Below, in pieces: positions 51,022 to 64,000 of a stretch of 64,000 nt of DNA. Position 1 is the first letter of the stretch; each line of letters opens with the position of its first letter. The stretch spans positions 1,614,978 to 1,678,977 of the forward strand of contig NW_018407907.1 in NCBI RefSeq assembly GCF_002113885.1, written 5' to 3'. The translations under genes and the position numbers were made by a program. The notes below the pieces were generated by a model. It was not told the DNA's origin and searched no databases. It saw only the letters and a list, made by a program, of their open reading frames with translations. The stretch comes from Mizuhopecten yessoensis (Eukaryota).

Positions 51022-51945
51022 AAAAATGAGGTGTATGGGCCTTAACGGTCACCTGATTTAGGTAAAAACTGATGTTATCGATGTTGCCAAATGAAAGGGA
51101 AACAATTTTGTAACAAAGGTAACTTGAACTACATGTAATGCAAAAGTAGTGTGAAAGATCTGGGTAGTATATGTACTATGTACAAATAGAGGTTCTGTCA
51201 GTCAGCTGAGTTTTGGTACTGCACTTTAAGACTCTTCCATAGATATGAAGAGGATTTGGTTCTACCATATCAGGATCTTGAGAAGAAGATTTTTGAAATT
51301 TTAATCAATTTGACCCTTTTTGGCCCCGCCACTCAGGCCCCTGGGGGTCAGTCAGGGCTGATTTGTGCATACCATCAAACTGCTATCCAATACAGATAAT
51401 GCTAACCAAGTTTGAATTAATTCCAATGGAAATTAAACAAATGCTGGTCCAAAATGTGATTTCCCTATATAATCTAAAGTAAAGTTTACCCCCTCCCCAG
51501 GGGGATAACGTGAGACCCCAGGGTCATGAAATTCACAATTTTGGTAAAGCACCTTAAGACCCTTCCATCTATGAAGAGTATTTGATTCTACCATATCTGT
51601 GTCTTCAGAAGAAGATTTTTGAAATTTCAGTCAATTCAACCCTTTTTGGCCACACCCATCAGCCCCGGGGGGTCAGTCACGGCTGATTTGTGCATACCAT
51701 CAAACTGCTATCCAATACTGATAATGCTTACCAAGTTTGAATTAATTCCTCATGCCCCTGGGGGCTGTGGACCGTATAATTCACAATTTTGGTTGACCTT
51801 TGGCCATGGTAGGTTTCTACAAAATTTCATTGAAATTGGTTCAGGGGTTGTGGAGAAGTGGAAAATGTAAATTGTTTATGGACGCAAGACGGACAAAAGG
51901 CGATCGCAATAGGTCACTTGAGACTTTGTCTTAGGTGACCTACAA
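51022..51945. mobile_element. Non-autonomous Helentron/DINE-1-like element with internal tandem repeats
   Basis: Subterminal 'ggtcacctga' at 51047, internal ~320-bp-period repeats (51285-51424 vs 51607-51750), short gacg/gacgg repeats, terminal hairpin 'taggtcac...gtgaccta' at 51910-51942. Confidence 0.65.
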
Positions 51946-54721
51946 AGTAGGTGCCGACCCAGAGGATTTATTCGAGCAGGTTAGAATTAGACCCATTTAA
52001 AACATTAAGACGGACTTCAAAATGCATTGAGTTAACAAAATTTAGTGGGTTGGTCTGGAGCTGATGTAATTGGCAGTGGCTTTATTTGTATCCTTCTTCC
52101 GGTCAGGTGTGGTGCTGCTATCGACTAGCGTCTTAAGGTCAAACAGCGTTAGGATACTGCAAACATTAGAACAAGGAGTCGTCTTACAAAATAGGTAAAT
52201 GTCGGATAGACAGCTCCTTAAATCTCTCCTCACTCATCCTTTTTTATTCCTTCACTATATGCTTTGTCCTTTCTACTCGTTTTCCTGTCTTTTCTTCGTC
52301 TGATTGCACCGGAACTACTCGGTAGTGAATCGAAGCGGATGTAAAACCAATCCATCAATCAATCAATCACATTATTGTGTTGAAAGTTATTTTTCAAATT
52401 ATGAATATTATGTGATAAATTGAATCTTACACGAGTACTGTCCATGTGATATTAAATTTATCAAATAAGTTCGATAATTAAATACCGTCCTCTTTATGTT
52501 AGTGTGCCCATGGGCCAGCACCTGTGGTTAATTCTTGAAATTTGTACGTTTCCGCTCTTAATACAAACATCTTCTCAGCACCAAAGATATACCACTTGAA
52601 TTCGAGTATGTGCAGGGTCTTACATTTACTCCGTATAAGATACATATACTTGTATTGAGCACGGTTTAAGTATTCTCTCAACCACAGACTTCCTTGTCTC
52701 AACAGCTTTAAAGAATGACTGTTGTAAAGTGCATGCGTGCAAATAATTAGATTCATTTGTAAAATTGAAAGTGATGGCATAGTTAGTTATGATATTACAA
52801 AGTAATTTAAGTAATTATTTAAAAAAGCTGAATCTGAATATCAAAGTTCTTATCTCAGTTTGGTCGTTTCAGTAGAAAGGGAAATCTACTTCCCGAACAT
52901 TAAATTTTGTTTCAGTACATCATAACCTAGTTCACCTTATTCAGAGGATTTCAATAGAACAGTAAACACTTTACAAACCATTTGTGTGGAAAATCTTTCA
53001 CAAATGGGCTGCAAAATGGGGTTCACACATATTCATATCTTGTAACTCTTTAGAATTGCACAACTGCCTTTAGGGATTTGAATCAAGAAAATTGAAGTAA
53101 TTTGGCACACAATTCGGAGTGGAAGTATATTGGCAATATCCTGACTGAAGGTGATACATATCTGATCATATTGATAGATAATAGAACTTTCATCATCTGT
53201 GTTAATGCTGATGGCTACAAGCTTAAGTCGAACTGCAATCAATCATTCTAGCTAGCTTTCAACAATTAATCTCCAATTCATAAAATCATTTAATAATTCA
53301 TTCATACTTAGACAAACACACATACATATATTCAAAATGCATATATTCAACTATGTACAATAAATGAACATTAAGAATTAAGATAAGGGAGTGACAATTA
53401 AACATAAACATATGCTTCTCTTTCATTTCTTTATCTGATGACAGTGATATGTACATTTGTATGTTGTCGGACAGCAGAATGTACTAAGTAAAAACAAAAG
53501 TACAGGTTTATATAGCACCTTCTGGAAAAGATGGCTGCGACATTGATGGAAAATATAATGTCCCAAAGGAAAATGAGACCCAAATATAGTTGACTTAGAC
53601 TATTTATAATGCTGAAAATCAGATGTCTTTTTCCGAGTGCGGAGTTCAATTGGCAAATATCAATGTTTCCATGTCCTTGAATTTAATGCTTCACAGGTGT
53701 CCAGTGACATGTGCCAGTGCTTGCATTCCCAAAAGATGCCATTAATAGTGTATAAATCAATTTGTTGAGATGATGAATTACACGACAGCATCAAAGCATA
53801 GAGGCCAACAAAAATTATATGCATGTTTCAGGTATCATGACTGAAAAAAATATGGAAGGTCGATCTGTCCAATTTTTTTTTCATATGTATTTTTTGGTTG
53901 GGTGCTAATATTTAAAAAAAAATCACAAAAATCACCAAAGATATTTTTTGGTCTTTTAAATAATATTAAATATGGGGTTTAAATTTGGTTTTGATATCAA
54001 GAAGCATGTTTGTAAATCAATTTGTTTGCATCCGGTTGACAAGTTGCATAACCCAACACTTGTCAGTGCATGTGATTGTGCATTCGTACTAGATAAAATT
54101 GTCAAAGGGTATATTGGAAAAGTATGGTCGGGGTATAGTAGTACTTGAAACATACATATATAATTTTGTTTGCCTGATCTTTGAATCTCAAATCCTAATT
54201 GGGGAATTACAAATTTCTAGTTCTACCATATAGTGACCACCTTAAGCTTCAACTAATTGAAGATTTTGTCACGAAGTTGGGTTTATGCAGCACAAATGAC
54301 AGACTTTATATATTACATAATAGTTAATAAATAATCACTTAGTTAAAGTTAAGAGAAGGAGAATTTAGTTCGAGGAGAGTCCAAGTGAGAGGTCCGAGCA
54401 AGTCAAAGCTTGTTCGGAAAAGGGGGAAAAGAAGAGAAGTGGTAAATTATCATGTAAAGCCTGTTGAAGTAACTAATTACTCTGCATCTTCAATTTTATA
54501 GGTGTGCCTTGAAAGTGATGTTTTGAAAGTGGGTGCATTAACGATGTCCGATGGTAATTTGTTCCAGTCTAGTATGGTACAAGGAAAAAAAGATTGTCTA
54601 GTTAGTGTAAATTGTCAGATAACATTACATCGTTTGATAGTTTTTAGTTCTGTCATTGACTTAAATAGTCTAATGTAATTCCATGGTTCTGTGTTGCATC
54701 CTAGCAGACGACTGGACAATT

Positions 54722-55228
54722 TCAGATTGCAAACGGAGATATAACTCTTTCCTTTGAAAGTGGACACACAGATAACCTTTGCCATCGACTTGGTGGCCAA
54801 ACTATGTGTGTGGCGCGACCATTGACCAACGCCACAGGGACAGGCCCAAAGCTGTTGCTATCCAAACTTTTCCGGTGGTCACCTTCCACCCAAATATGTC
54901 CCTGCGGTACTGTAACAACTTTTTTCATGTTTCGTGTCCACACGCCGTCTCCCTCTAACGCCACGACCCTCTTGATTAATTTTTCACCGGGATTAACTGG
55001 TGAAAGAAGGGACACAATTTCGCCTCTCTCAAACTTGTAACTCCGCACTCCCCATTTATTGAGATGAACATAGTCTGAAACTGAATACTTTCCAAGAAAT
55101 GGGTTCAAACACGGCTTCATTGATATGCCTCGAACCTCTGCAACATAACCGACAGTGTTTAGGAACGTTGCCGTTGCTGGCACGACGAAGGTGACTGTCC
55201 CCACGATATACCTTGTCCAACTCATCAT
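54722..55228 (-). CDS. IMMP2L: Mitochondrial inner membrane protease subunit 2 (peptidase S26), intronless CDS, 168 aa
   Basis: Complete ORF with N-terminal hydrophobic segment, catalytic Ser (GISMKPCLNP) and Lys (LIKRVVALEGD), VPQGHIWVEGD, SLDSNSFGPV and the IMP2-type C-terminus ATHIVWPPSRWQRL. Confidence 0.95.
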   Translation of the reverse strand: MMSWTRYIVGTVTFVVPATATFLNTVGYVAEVRGISMKPCLNPFLGKYSVSDYVHLNKWGVRSYKFERGEIVSLLSPVNPGEKLIKRVVALEGDGVWTRNMKKVVTVPQGHIWVEGDHRKSLDSNSFGPVPVALVNGRATHIVWPPSRWQRLSVCPLSKERVISPFAI

Positions 55229-55946
55229 TTCTTCGATTTATGATTAGACCTAACGTAAAATATTGCATTGCATCACGTTATGGTTACATGTCACGTTGCA
55301 CGTCCATCGGTCATTTGAGGAGGCATCAATGTCTGCATTGTATAAAATGCGAGTTACTTCCCCTACAATGTCGTTAAAAGTACAAGGTTATGAGCTTAGA
55401 AAAAAACACACTTTAATTATTTTAATTTCCTGCTGTGTGCGAAGAATCATTCCCTTGTCATTGATATATGTCTTTTATAAATTGATGAACCAAATAGAGT
55501 AATGTAATTATTGCATCAACACTCTAAACCAATCAAATTACGACAACTATGCGTTCCGTGTCCAACTCGTGACGTCACCATCAACCCCGTCACCATTGAG
55601 TGTTTTGGTTTGGGTGTCATTCAGACATTAATAACCATTTTCGGGGAATTCAAGACCACAAAAGAACATTTTACGTCATTGTAGGACTTAATGTATTTTT
55701 TAAGACCAGGAAAAAGTATTCAGGAATTTTCGATGCTATGTAATACCAAATCAGGTTAATCAACAGGATTCGTCGTGGGGTTCACTTCAGCATCAGTTTC
55801 GTTTTTGTTTTCCTATGATGCGTCGATTACAGTAGAGCTACTGTACACATTACTTCAAAAGATTCGACGAACAGTTGTTATAAATTCAGTGAATTTTTCA
55901 ATTTCTACCTATCAAAAAAGGTATAGGATTTCTGTTTTTCATAAAA
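55229..55946. promoter_or_regulatory. Putative bidirectional promoter for IMMP2L/HERPUD with C/EBP-ATF sites, CCAAT box and CRE
   Basis: ATTGCATCA at 55267-55275 and 55510-55518, CCAAT 55529-55533, GTGACGTCAC 55569-55578, TTACGTCA 55671-55678, all between divergent start codons 718 nt apart. Confidence 0.7.
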
Positions 55947-58900
55947 ATGGACTTGGTGGATAGCCCTATCACGTTAGTTATCAAAGCACCTAACCAGAGA
56001 CTTGAAGATCAGACTGTAGAATGTATGTTAGGATGGACGGTGAGGAAGCTGAAGAGACATCTTGAAAATGTCTATCCCAGTAAACCAGTAAGTGTGAGGT
56101 GTACGCTATTGTACTGATTGTATATTGCCGAACTTAACTGGGTCGATCATTGGCAACCAGGTAAGAGTGTCCTCTAGAGTTCAGAGGGTCCTATAATTTT
56201 AACCCTGGTGTGGCCATTTCTTTATCTTTCTCCTGTTACATATGGTATGAGTATGTAACAGAAGAAAAGGTAAGGTATACTTAGTTGGTAAAAGAAAGTT
56301 AAATGTATGTTATTGTAACAACCTAGGGCGAACGAGATTTAGGGCGAAACAACCCGGAACCCAGATTATACCACTTAACATTAGCAAATGACACCTCATG
56401 GTACCTCATGGTTATATTTTCAAAAATGAAATTTGACCTTTTAAATAAAGAGAAAGACTCATCTAAACAGCTATGTTTTATTGGTTTTGCCCCACCATGT
56501 CCTTAGAAAAAATGACACTGCTGTATCTGGTTGGTAAAAAGAGGTTTTAAATATAACTAAGATTTTGTAAGTGGCATTTAATGCCCAGCCATGGTCGCTA
56601 TATATACCCTTTCTTTTCTTAAGTTTTTCCTATCTGGGTTTTTAAGTCCTCACAACAGCCTGGGCCGTCCAAAGGTGGTTGTCAAAGAAGACATTGCTGT
56701 AAAAAGAGTATATATAAGTAGATAGGCGATAATTAAAGAGTATACATTGTACGTACATTTGTAGTAACATATATGTATTACCATCTATCTAAAAGAAATT
56801 AATCCTGTGACAACAAATCAGGGGTCTCAATTTGGTAACTATGGCATGCAGTCAAGTGTTTTCAAACTTGACCAATTGAGGCTTGCAGAGACCTGATACC
56901 CTTATGTATGTCCCAATAATTAGACTTCTAAGAAAAGGTCTCCATTTCGTTACCATGGCAACCATGGATTTCTGAACTAGAATACCAGATTTCAGCACCA
57001 TGTATGCCTTAGTTATTGTTTAAAATACCTGCTGTTATAAACAACTAAAAACTAAGTATATTCAAGCTAGACTTGTGGGGGCTATTATAAGTTTTATTAG
57101 CAAATCATAACAATGTCACAGCCTACATATATGCCAATACTTTTCCAGCAAGAAGCCAATATGCCATGCCATGCCTTCCCATATCTATTCAGGGATTTTT
57201 CGGACTCCTATAATTGAATCTTGGACTATTGTTTTTCCTTTTGGACTCACAAACTTTTAGATGATCATGATCTACTTTATTTATTTGAAATGGACTCAGT
57301 TGTTTTTTTCAAAAATAGATCAAGAACTCTTACTCTAACTTTTTTTGACATTGGTGATTTTATGATGTGTTTATAGATTATTCATTGAAAATGTCTTTAT
57401 TTTTTAACAGAAAGAAACACAGCAAAAGTTGATCTATTCAGGCAAGCTTCTACCCGATGATGCCACATTGAAAGAGGTGTTGAGACAATCACAGGTAAAA
57501 ACTATCAAATTCAGGTAGTTAGTGAGCATGCCTGCATGTTGAGAGAGTCTCAGGTAAAAATAATCAAATTCAGGTAGTTAGTGAGCATGCCTGCATGTTG
57601 AGAGAGTCGACTCAAGCAAAAAAATCAAATTCAGGTAGTTAGTGCGCATGCCTGCATGTTGAGAGAGTCTCAGGTAAAAACAATCAAATTCAGGTAGTTA
57701 AAGACCTGCATGCGGAAAAATCTACCTTGTCGTTAGACTTGCTAAAGATTATTTATTGAAGTAAACAATGTATTTGTTAATTTATAATAACACTAATCAA
57801 ATATTGAGATGTAATAGCATATACCTATGTTTTAAAAAAAAAGGTTGTTTTGTGCATAATTCCTATTATGGTATAAATATATATACTGGAATCTGTCTGT
57901 CTGTTACTTGACACAACATTGAGTGCCCTACTCTTAAAGTACTGCACCAATTTTAATCTTCGCCAGTCAAGGTATGGTCTGGTATTATCTTAAGAAGGTA
58001 GACCGGATCGTAACCCTTGGCTAGCGAAGATGACAGTTCTATGGACATGTGTGAAGTGGGTGCATATACACATGTTAGTCTGCCGTTCTGGCAACAGATT
58101 TAGTTTTGACTGGAAAAAAACCTACACATGTATTTATGAATTAAAGCTACCACATTTCAGGGAAATGAAATGACTGGGTCATAATGGAGTTGATCTGTAC
58201 CTATATATTGCTGTTCTGATAGAGTTATGAATATTGTTTTACAGGGATGTCCGTCCCAGCATACAGTTCATCTGGTGTGTTCAGCGGGCATGGATTTTAA
58301 CGCGACAAGTTTACTAGACAACAAGGTAAACATTGCTAGTGTTTTGCATTTTTCCCCCAGTAATTACCATAAAACATGATCATGATCACAAACTGTTGAA
58401 TTGTACAGACAAGAAAATGTACATCTAAACCCATTCACCCCTGCAGTCACATTTGAACCTTACTAAATCAAAGACTGGGCAAGTCCAGTTTAAATATGTA
58501 GGGGTAAATGAATTAACTGAATTTCTTCCAAAATGTCATTTAATCTAGAAAAAAAATTGCTGATGTAAGTATGACATTAATCTAAAAGGAGTAAATCAGT
58601 GAAGATGCTTCCATTCTTCATTTCCTTGCTCTTTGCAATTGGTTGTGGTTCTTTTATTTTTCATCCTGGTTTAACTAAACCTTTTCTCCTCTACAGCCTA
58701 ATGGAAATTCATACCGCCTGCCAGATACAAATTACACCTTGAATGCACCACCAAATATGACAAACATGATGCCACCTGGTACTGAAGGTCTGCGTCACAG
58801 AGGACACGGCAACACAGATACAACAACACCTGGATTGTCGCAAGGGTAGGTAACTCCATTCGTTGCTCACATCCAATCCCTTCGTATCTTTGATCAATAA

Positions 58901-61900
58901 AATATGTTTAACTTTAATACTATAATATATAGCTCACATTCATTTCGGCACTGTCCCTAAAAACAAACTGAAGCAAACAAAATTTGCAAGGCATCCCGAT
59001 CTTTTTGAAGTACATGTATCTGTCTATATCAATGTTATTTCCTGCTTGCACACACTATGTGCGTTTATATTTAAGCGACCGTGACTATAAAACAAAAGAT
59101 GAATATAGTTGTCATCCTAAATTTGGCTATATCCATCTCTATTGACACGTCGAAATTCGACTCCTCATGATCTTTTGTACTTCTGCCTGCTGTATTTCAA
59201 TTAATGCATGTTTATTATTTCATTTCAGTATACAATTACTTATCTTTCCTAGATGGCTAATAATTATTACTTTGTACACATTTTCTGCAAGTTGTCTGTA
59301 TATGATTTAATAGATATTTTAGCGTACTGGTATGTGAAAAACTTCTCAATTACATAATTAATATGTAGTGTTAAATTGACAGCTTTGCGATGACAAATAT
59401 GACATGTATTGGGCAACTTCTTTTGACAAGTGTACTTAATTGGAACACACAATGTTACAATCCCAAACAACAGATCACAAAAATTAGGCCTTGTGTTAAA
59501 ATTATTCACCACAAAACATAATTATAGCTATATATAGGTTCAGTGTAGGCTTTTTAGCCAGATGCAGTTCACTGTTATTTGATTGGAATTATTGTTTATT
59601 TCAGCGGTATACCCCAAGCAAACTTGCAGATGCCCCAGATGCCTCAAATGCAGCAAATGCCTCAAATGATGATGCCCCCTGGTGCCGAAGCCTTGTACAC
59701 ACAGGAGCAGATGATGATGATGATGCAGAACTACTACTATCAGATGGCAACCGCACAGTACATGCAATAGTAAGCCATTAGTATCATCTGATCACTTCCT
59801 ACCATAAAAATGTTTTGCTTTTTTGGACTTAGTTCAGGCCAAACAAAACAATAGCTGTGTTTCCCATTTTCAAACTACCCTATTTTTGACACATGCATTA
59901 AGTAACGTAGGTGTCTAGGGGATCGAGTATACTACGACATTTGTCTGACATAGAATCACATTTTCGACTCTAATTTAACTCCGACCCTTAAACATTTGTT
60001 TGACCAAGGAATAAAAAAGGGACTCAAACCAGGTAGAATAACTATATTATTTTTGACCGTACTAATCATTGACACATTTGAAAACAAAAATCCGAGAAAA
60101 AAGATCACCAAACCTTGTGATGGTTATAACTGTAACCAGTTGAACTACCTTATTACTGATAGTCAACATACCTACAGTGGGACAGGGATCTTTAAACTTA
60201 AAGAGAAAAGTTTGTACTTTTATATGTCAGAAAAGGAGGCAACGGGTAAACGAGGATTTGCTATAGGTGATATGTGGATAACAAAGTGGTATTATTTTTT
60301 GTACAGTTACCAGACTGGGGTATACCCCACGCCTCCCAACACGCCCACAACACCAGTTGAGGACGCAACACCCAATCAGAACGATCCTAACAATCAGGCG
60401 CCAGCCAATGTTGGCGAGGGTAACGGAAACAACTTGGTGATGAACGCCCAGGGTGGCATGATGGCTGCAGATGATGACGATGATGATTTCGGACAACGGG
60501 ATTGGCTCGATTATGTGCACACCATCGCGCGCTTTGCTGTCCTCATCAGCATCGTGTACTTCTACTCAAATTTGACACGTTTCCTTTTCGTCTTCGCTTT
60601 CTTTTTCCTAATCTATTTGTAAGTTGAGTTTTTCAATTTTTGACCAAAAAGTTTGTTTAGCTACATGTAATTTTTATCTGATGATAATTGTAGGTTTTAG
60701 ATGTAGTTCCCCCAAACATTCTTGAAGTACAGATGTATGTATATTTTAATGATTTATGAGAATGTATGTTTAAAAGATATATTAAATCGAGAATATCAAA
60801 TGGTTTCCCATATGTATTTTACAAGTTTGACCGAAATTTCTGATATTTTCACAAGTGCAAAGCCCTATTACATATACAAAAAAATCTCACATTCTTGTGA
60901 AATATTTCTGATATTCAAATGGAAATTGTTTTTTTGTTTTCCTTCTGTTTATTCAATGTTTCAAAGAGAATTGTCGAAAATTTCTGAATATGACATTATG
61001 CGAATTCATTTCATTGGACAATGCAATCACATGTCTCCTTTATTATGTGATGTCATAATCAACTTAGATTTATATCATTAACACATTTTTATGTCCCATC
61101 TATGAAATGCTATGTACATCTGTCGCCCTTCTTATCATCATTATAGTATGTTGTGTCATTATTTTCGCTGTTCATAAATTTGCCCTCATTACAGATGGCT
61201 AAAAAGGTCATTTTTTTTCCGATATACAGTGTCATATTTCTTCTGCAGATATCAGACTGGCTGGTTCCAGCTTGCAAGGAGAGTTCCAGAAAATCGTCAA
61301 GAAGCAAATGCCCAACCACAGGAACAACCCCGAACAGAACCTCAGGAGGAACAGCAACAACAGCAACAACAACAACAACAACAGCAACAGCAGCAACAGG
61401 TTAGATTTAGTACTGAGCCACAGGTTAGCTATTCCGTCTTTTCGTATTGCAGAGTTATCTGCTCTTGTGAGCAGGTATTGAGTGTTATGTCATTAGTTTG
61501 TGTGGGAAAATTACATCTTTTTCTCAAACATTTATGACGTTACGCTCACAAATATATGACGTAAGAATCAATACCTGCTCACAAGAGCAGATAACTCTGC
61601 AATACGAAAAGACGGAATAGCACCCTAGTCTCACAGCTGGGTGTTGTCAATGTTCTTGAAAAATATCCCGTCTGAAAATCTTGCCAATATGTAGTGCAAC
61701 CTATCAGATGCATGTTGAAGTAAAATCTAGTATTTCAAAATGGTGGGGTAAAATAATGTGTTGCTACAAATGTACAAAAAGAATATTGGTACCAAAAGTG
61801 TATCTGAGTACATATGGAGGGAAATCTGTTATACCCAGGAATGTTCTCTTCCCGGACACTTGATTTTACCTTAGTTAACCTTTCATTTATTGTGTGATAT

Positions 61901-62602
61901 ACCATGTCTTATCATTGAGAATCATTTCAGTTGCACTCATAAGTACTTTAAAATCTTGTAATCATTGAATTAATAAATTCTATTAACCATTTGTAAAAGA
62001 TGTTTTACAAGATTCTTATCATAGAACTCTCCTGGAAAGGAGGTTTTTGTTAAGGCTAGCTATAGGTGACATTCATTCTTAAATGGTCAATACAGAAAAC
62101 CATACATGCCAACTTTTTGAAATTTCCATGGGGGAGATTACTCGTGCTCAAGAATTAAAAGCATAAATAAAATGTGAATATGTACACCCTAGGGTTTTAA
62201 ATGGCATCTTTGGAGCTGTTGTTTCAAATGAAATCATCAGATCTTAGAAAATGGGAACACTTTTGCAAATTCACTGGATGAAAATGCGTAATTTTAGGGT
62301 CCAAAATTGGGAGTCTCCTTCCAAAATAGGGAGATTTGGCAAGTCTGGAAAACTTAATATTGTAGGCTATTTTTCCAAAAAACAGTATTTCAAGACTAAC
62401 ACGGTTTTGCTTATTTTTAACACAGCCAAATCCAGAAACAAATGAATCACCTGCTGGAGAGAGTCAACAAGAAGAGGAGAGCCCAGCCCCTCCCGAACAA
62501 CCTCCTCCCCGGCCAAGTGCTTTATCTCTTATCTGGTGCTTCATATCAACATTCTTTACGTCCTTAATACCACAGCAGCCACAGGCCGTCAATGCAAATT
62601 AA
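55947..62602 (+). CDS. HERPUD: Homocysteine-responsive ER-resident ubiquitin-like domain protein (Herp/HERPUD), 8 exons, ~419 aa
   Basis: Exons 55947-56087, 57411-57494, 58245-58325, 58697-58845, 59605-59769, 60307-60618, 61249-61399, 62426-62602 (1260 nt). UBL domain ITLVIKAPNQ...WTVRKLKRHLENVYPSKP...KLIYSGKLL...HTVHLVC, then GLRHR, MNAQGG, RDWLD...IVYFYS, YQTGWF, and C-terminal WCFISTFFTSLIP. Cannot assign HERPUD1 vs 2. Confidence 0.95.
57492..57700. repeat. ~59-bp tandem repeat starting at the HERPUD exon 2 donor
   Basis: 'caggtaaaaa..atcaaattcaggtagttagtgagcatgcctgcatgttgagagagtc' x3.5. Confidence 0.9.
61428..61621. mobile_element. MITE-like element with perfect ~54-bp inverted repeats
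   Basis: 61428-61481 (gctattccgtcttttcgtattgcagagttatctgctcttgtgagcaggtattga) is the exact reverse complement of 61568-61621. Confidence 0.8.
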
Positions 62603-62927
62603 CGTCAACTTTCTATACTGACTTCAAATCACAGACCACATAAGTGTAACAACTGTGAGCACCCTGTGGAAATATATTTGTAAAACTGTATACGCCGACC
62701 AGAGTTATTTTCGCAGTAAAGGAGGAGAATGCACGAGAGAATTAAACAGCGAGTGTTTTTAATCAAGTGACACCATATACCTACCAATTGCGAAATCACT
62801 AATTAAACACTGCACAACTGTGTATTTTTTCCTCACAAACATGAGAATTATATTTGTGAAATCCAACATGTATGCAGTATCACTGCGAAAATTAATTTTT
62901 GAAATTGTCATTGCTCTGATTGGTATT

Positions 62928-63014
62928 AGCTCATTGACCCCTGAAGTTCCATAGTGAACTATTCCAACCTTTGAATTGGAAGGGTTCAAATGTGTCTTCA
63001 GGGGTGAATGAGTT
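62928..63014. mobile_element. Short (~85 bp) MITE-like hairpin in the probable HERPUD 3' UTR
   Basis: 'ctcattgacccctgaag...cttcaggggtgaatgag' inverted ends. A related copy lies at ~58428-58515. Confidence 0.55.
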
Positions 63015-64000
63015 TATGAATTGAACACAGATTTTTAAGATCTGCCTATTTTGATCTTACATGATGTCATGTAGACCTCATCTTCAGATGATTTCATTTT
63101 TAGATGATTTCATTTGATAGCTGACAATTTTTGATATTTTTTTTTTTCATGATGTTTAAATCAATATTGAGTTGAAAATCATTCTTGACTTTGTCAAATC
63201 TATTTTATCACCTGCTTGGGGAACAGCCATATTCAAATAAGGTTTTCTTTTTGGTAAAGAAAAAAAACGAGATTTTTGTGAGGTCGTGTTATTTTTACTA
63301 TAACATAAATGTTACAATATGTAATACCTAGGTACATTAAACAGATTCTATTTGCCTGAAATTTGGAAATATACTGGTACATGAATAATTTTGAGCTTCA
63401 TGGACTAGGCTTGATCGAGTAAGCAGGTTTTACCGTGAAATGAGGCGGCTTAAGGTAGGATAACTACCTATGCCAGCTAACACTAGTCTGTATACACCCC
63501 ATTTCTATTTGAAGTATTCAGGGCTGAATGATTCCAAACCGTCACTTCCCAACTTCTAGCGGCAGACGAGAAAACACTGTCTGGGGTATGGGTTGAAAAC
63601 TGTCTGTACCGTTATCTTTAGGTTATCGTCGTTGTGTGGTAGTCACTTAATTGAACTCCGAGGATTTGGTTGTATCATGTTCCGATCAACAATTATCAGT
63701 CACGGTATATTTACAATCATAGATGATGTCCATATTTCATTTTCCTGGAACTTCATTCCTCAAGACTGCGCAATGTAGTCTCCAGTAAACCACACTAATA
63801 ATAATTTCATTGATATCCATACTTCAATTCTGCAAAGAGACTGCTTATTTCTATGAATAATACAATGTGATTTGAATATTCACGAGCCAAAATATAAGGA
63901 TGAAATCGACGATGCCTATAATGACCCATTTTTCTGTGGTTGTATGAAAGTATTCCTGTTGTTTGTTTGTTTTTATTTTTTTGTCTTCCAAGAGATCGTA

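Noticed and set aside
55529-55547. Candidate ERSE in the HERPUD promoter
   Set aside because: CCAAT is present but is not followed by CCACG at N9 spacing.

Overview
AT-rich eukaryotic (metazoan) genomic DNA with GT-AG introns. The repeat content and the B-box/NHL gene family suggest a bivalve mollusc (inference). Most short ORFs in the supplied track are spurious, so gene models were rebuilt by hand from splice sites and reading phase. Left to right: an 11-exon kynurenine formamidase (AFMID)-like gene whose nucleophile motif is GHCAG instead of GHSAG (2.6-11.1 kb, +); copy 1 of a ~5 kb duplicated block (13.1-18.2 kb) that carries a captured IMMP2L coding fragment and ends in a 45-bp piece of a TRIM-like gene; the 3' half of a GH20 beta-hexosaminidase gene with a probable C-terminal membrane-anchor exon (18.7-24.2 kb, +); a secreted CAP/SCP-domain gene (27.4-32.1 kb, +); copy 2 of the block (32.5-38.0 kb); two disrupted B-box/coiled-coil/NHL genes (39.8-43.9 kb, +); an orphan copy of the AFMID last exon (45.5 kb); retroelement debris (gag zinc knuckles, Penelope-like hairpin insertion with hammerhead-like motifs, a Helentron-like non-autonomous element); and an intronless IMMP2L (-) head-to-head with an 8-exon HERPUD gene (+), separated by ~700 bp holding two C/EBP-ATF sites and a CRE. 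The most unusual feature is a local gene-fragment patchwork at 17.5-18.7 kb built from loci 20-40 kb downstream.
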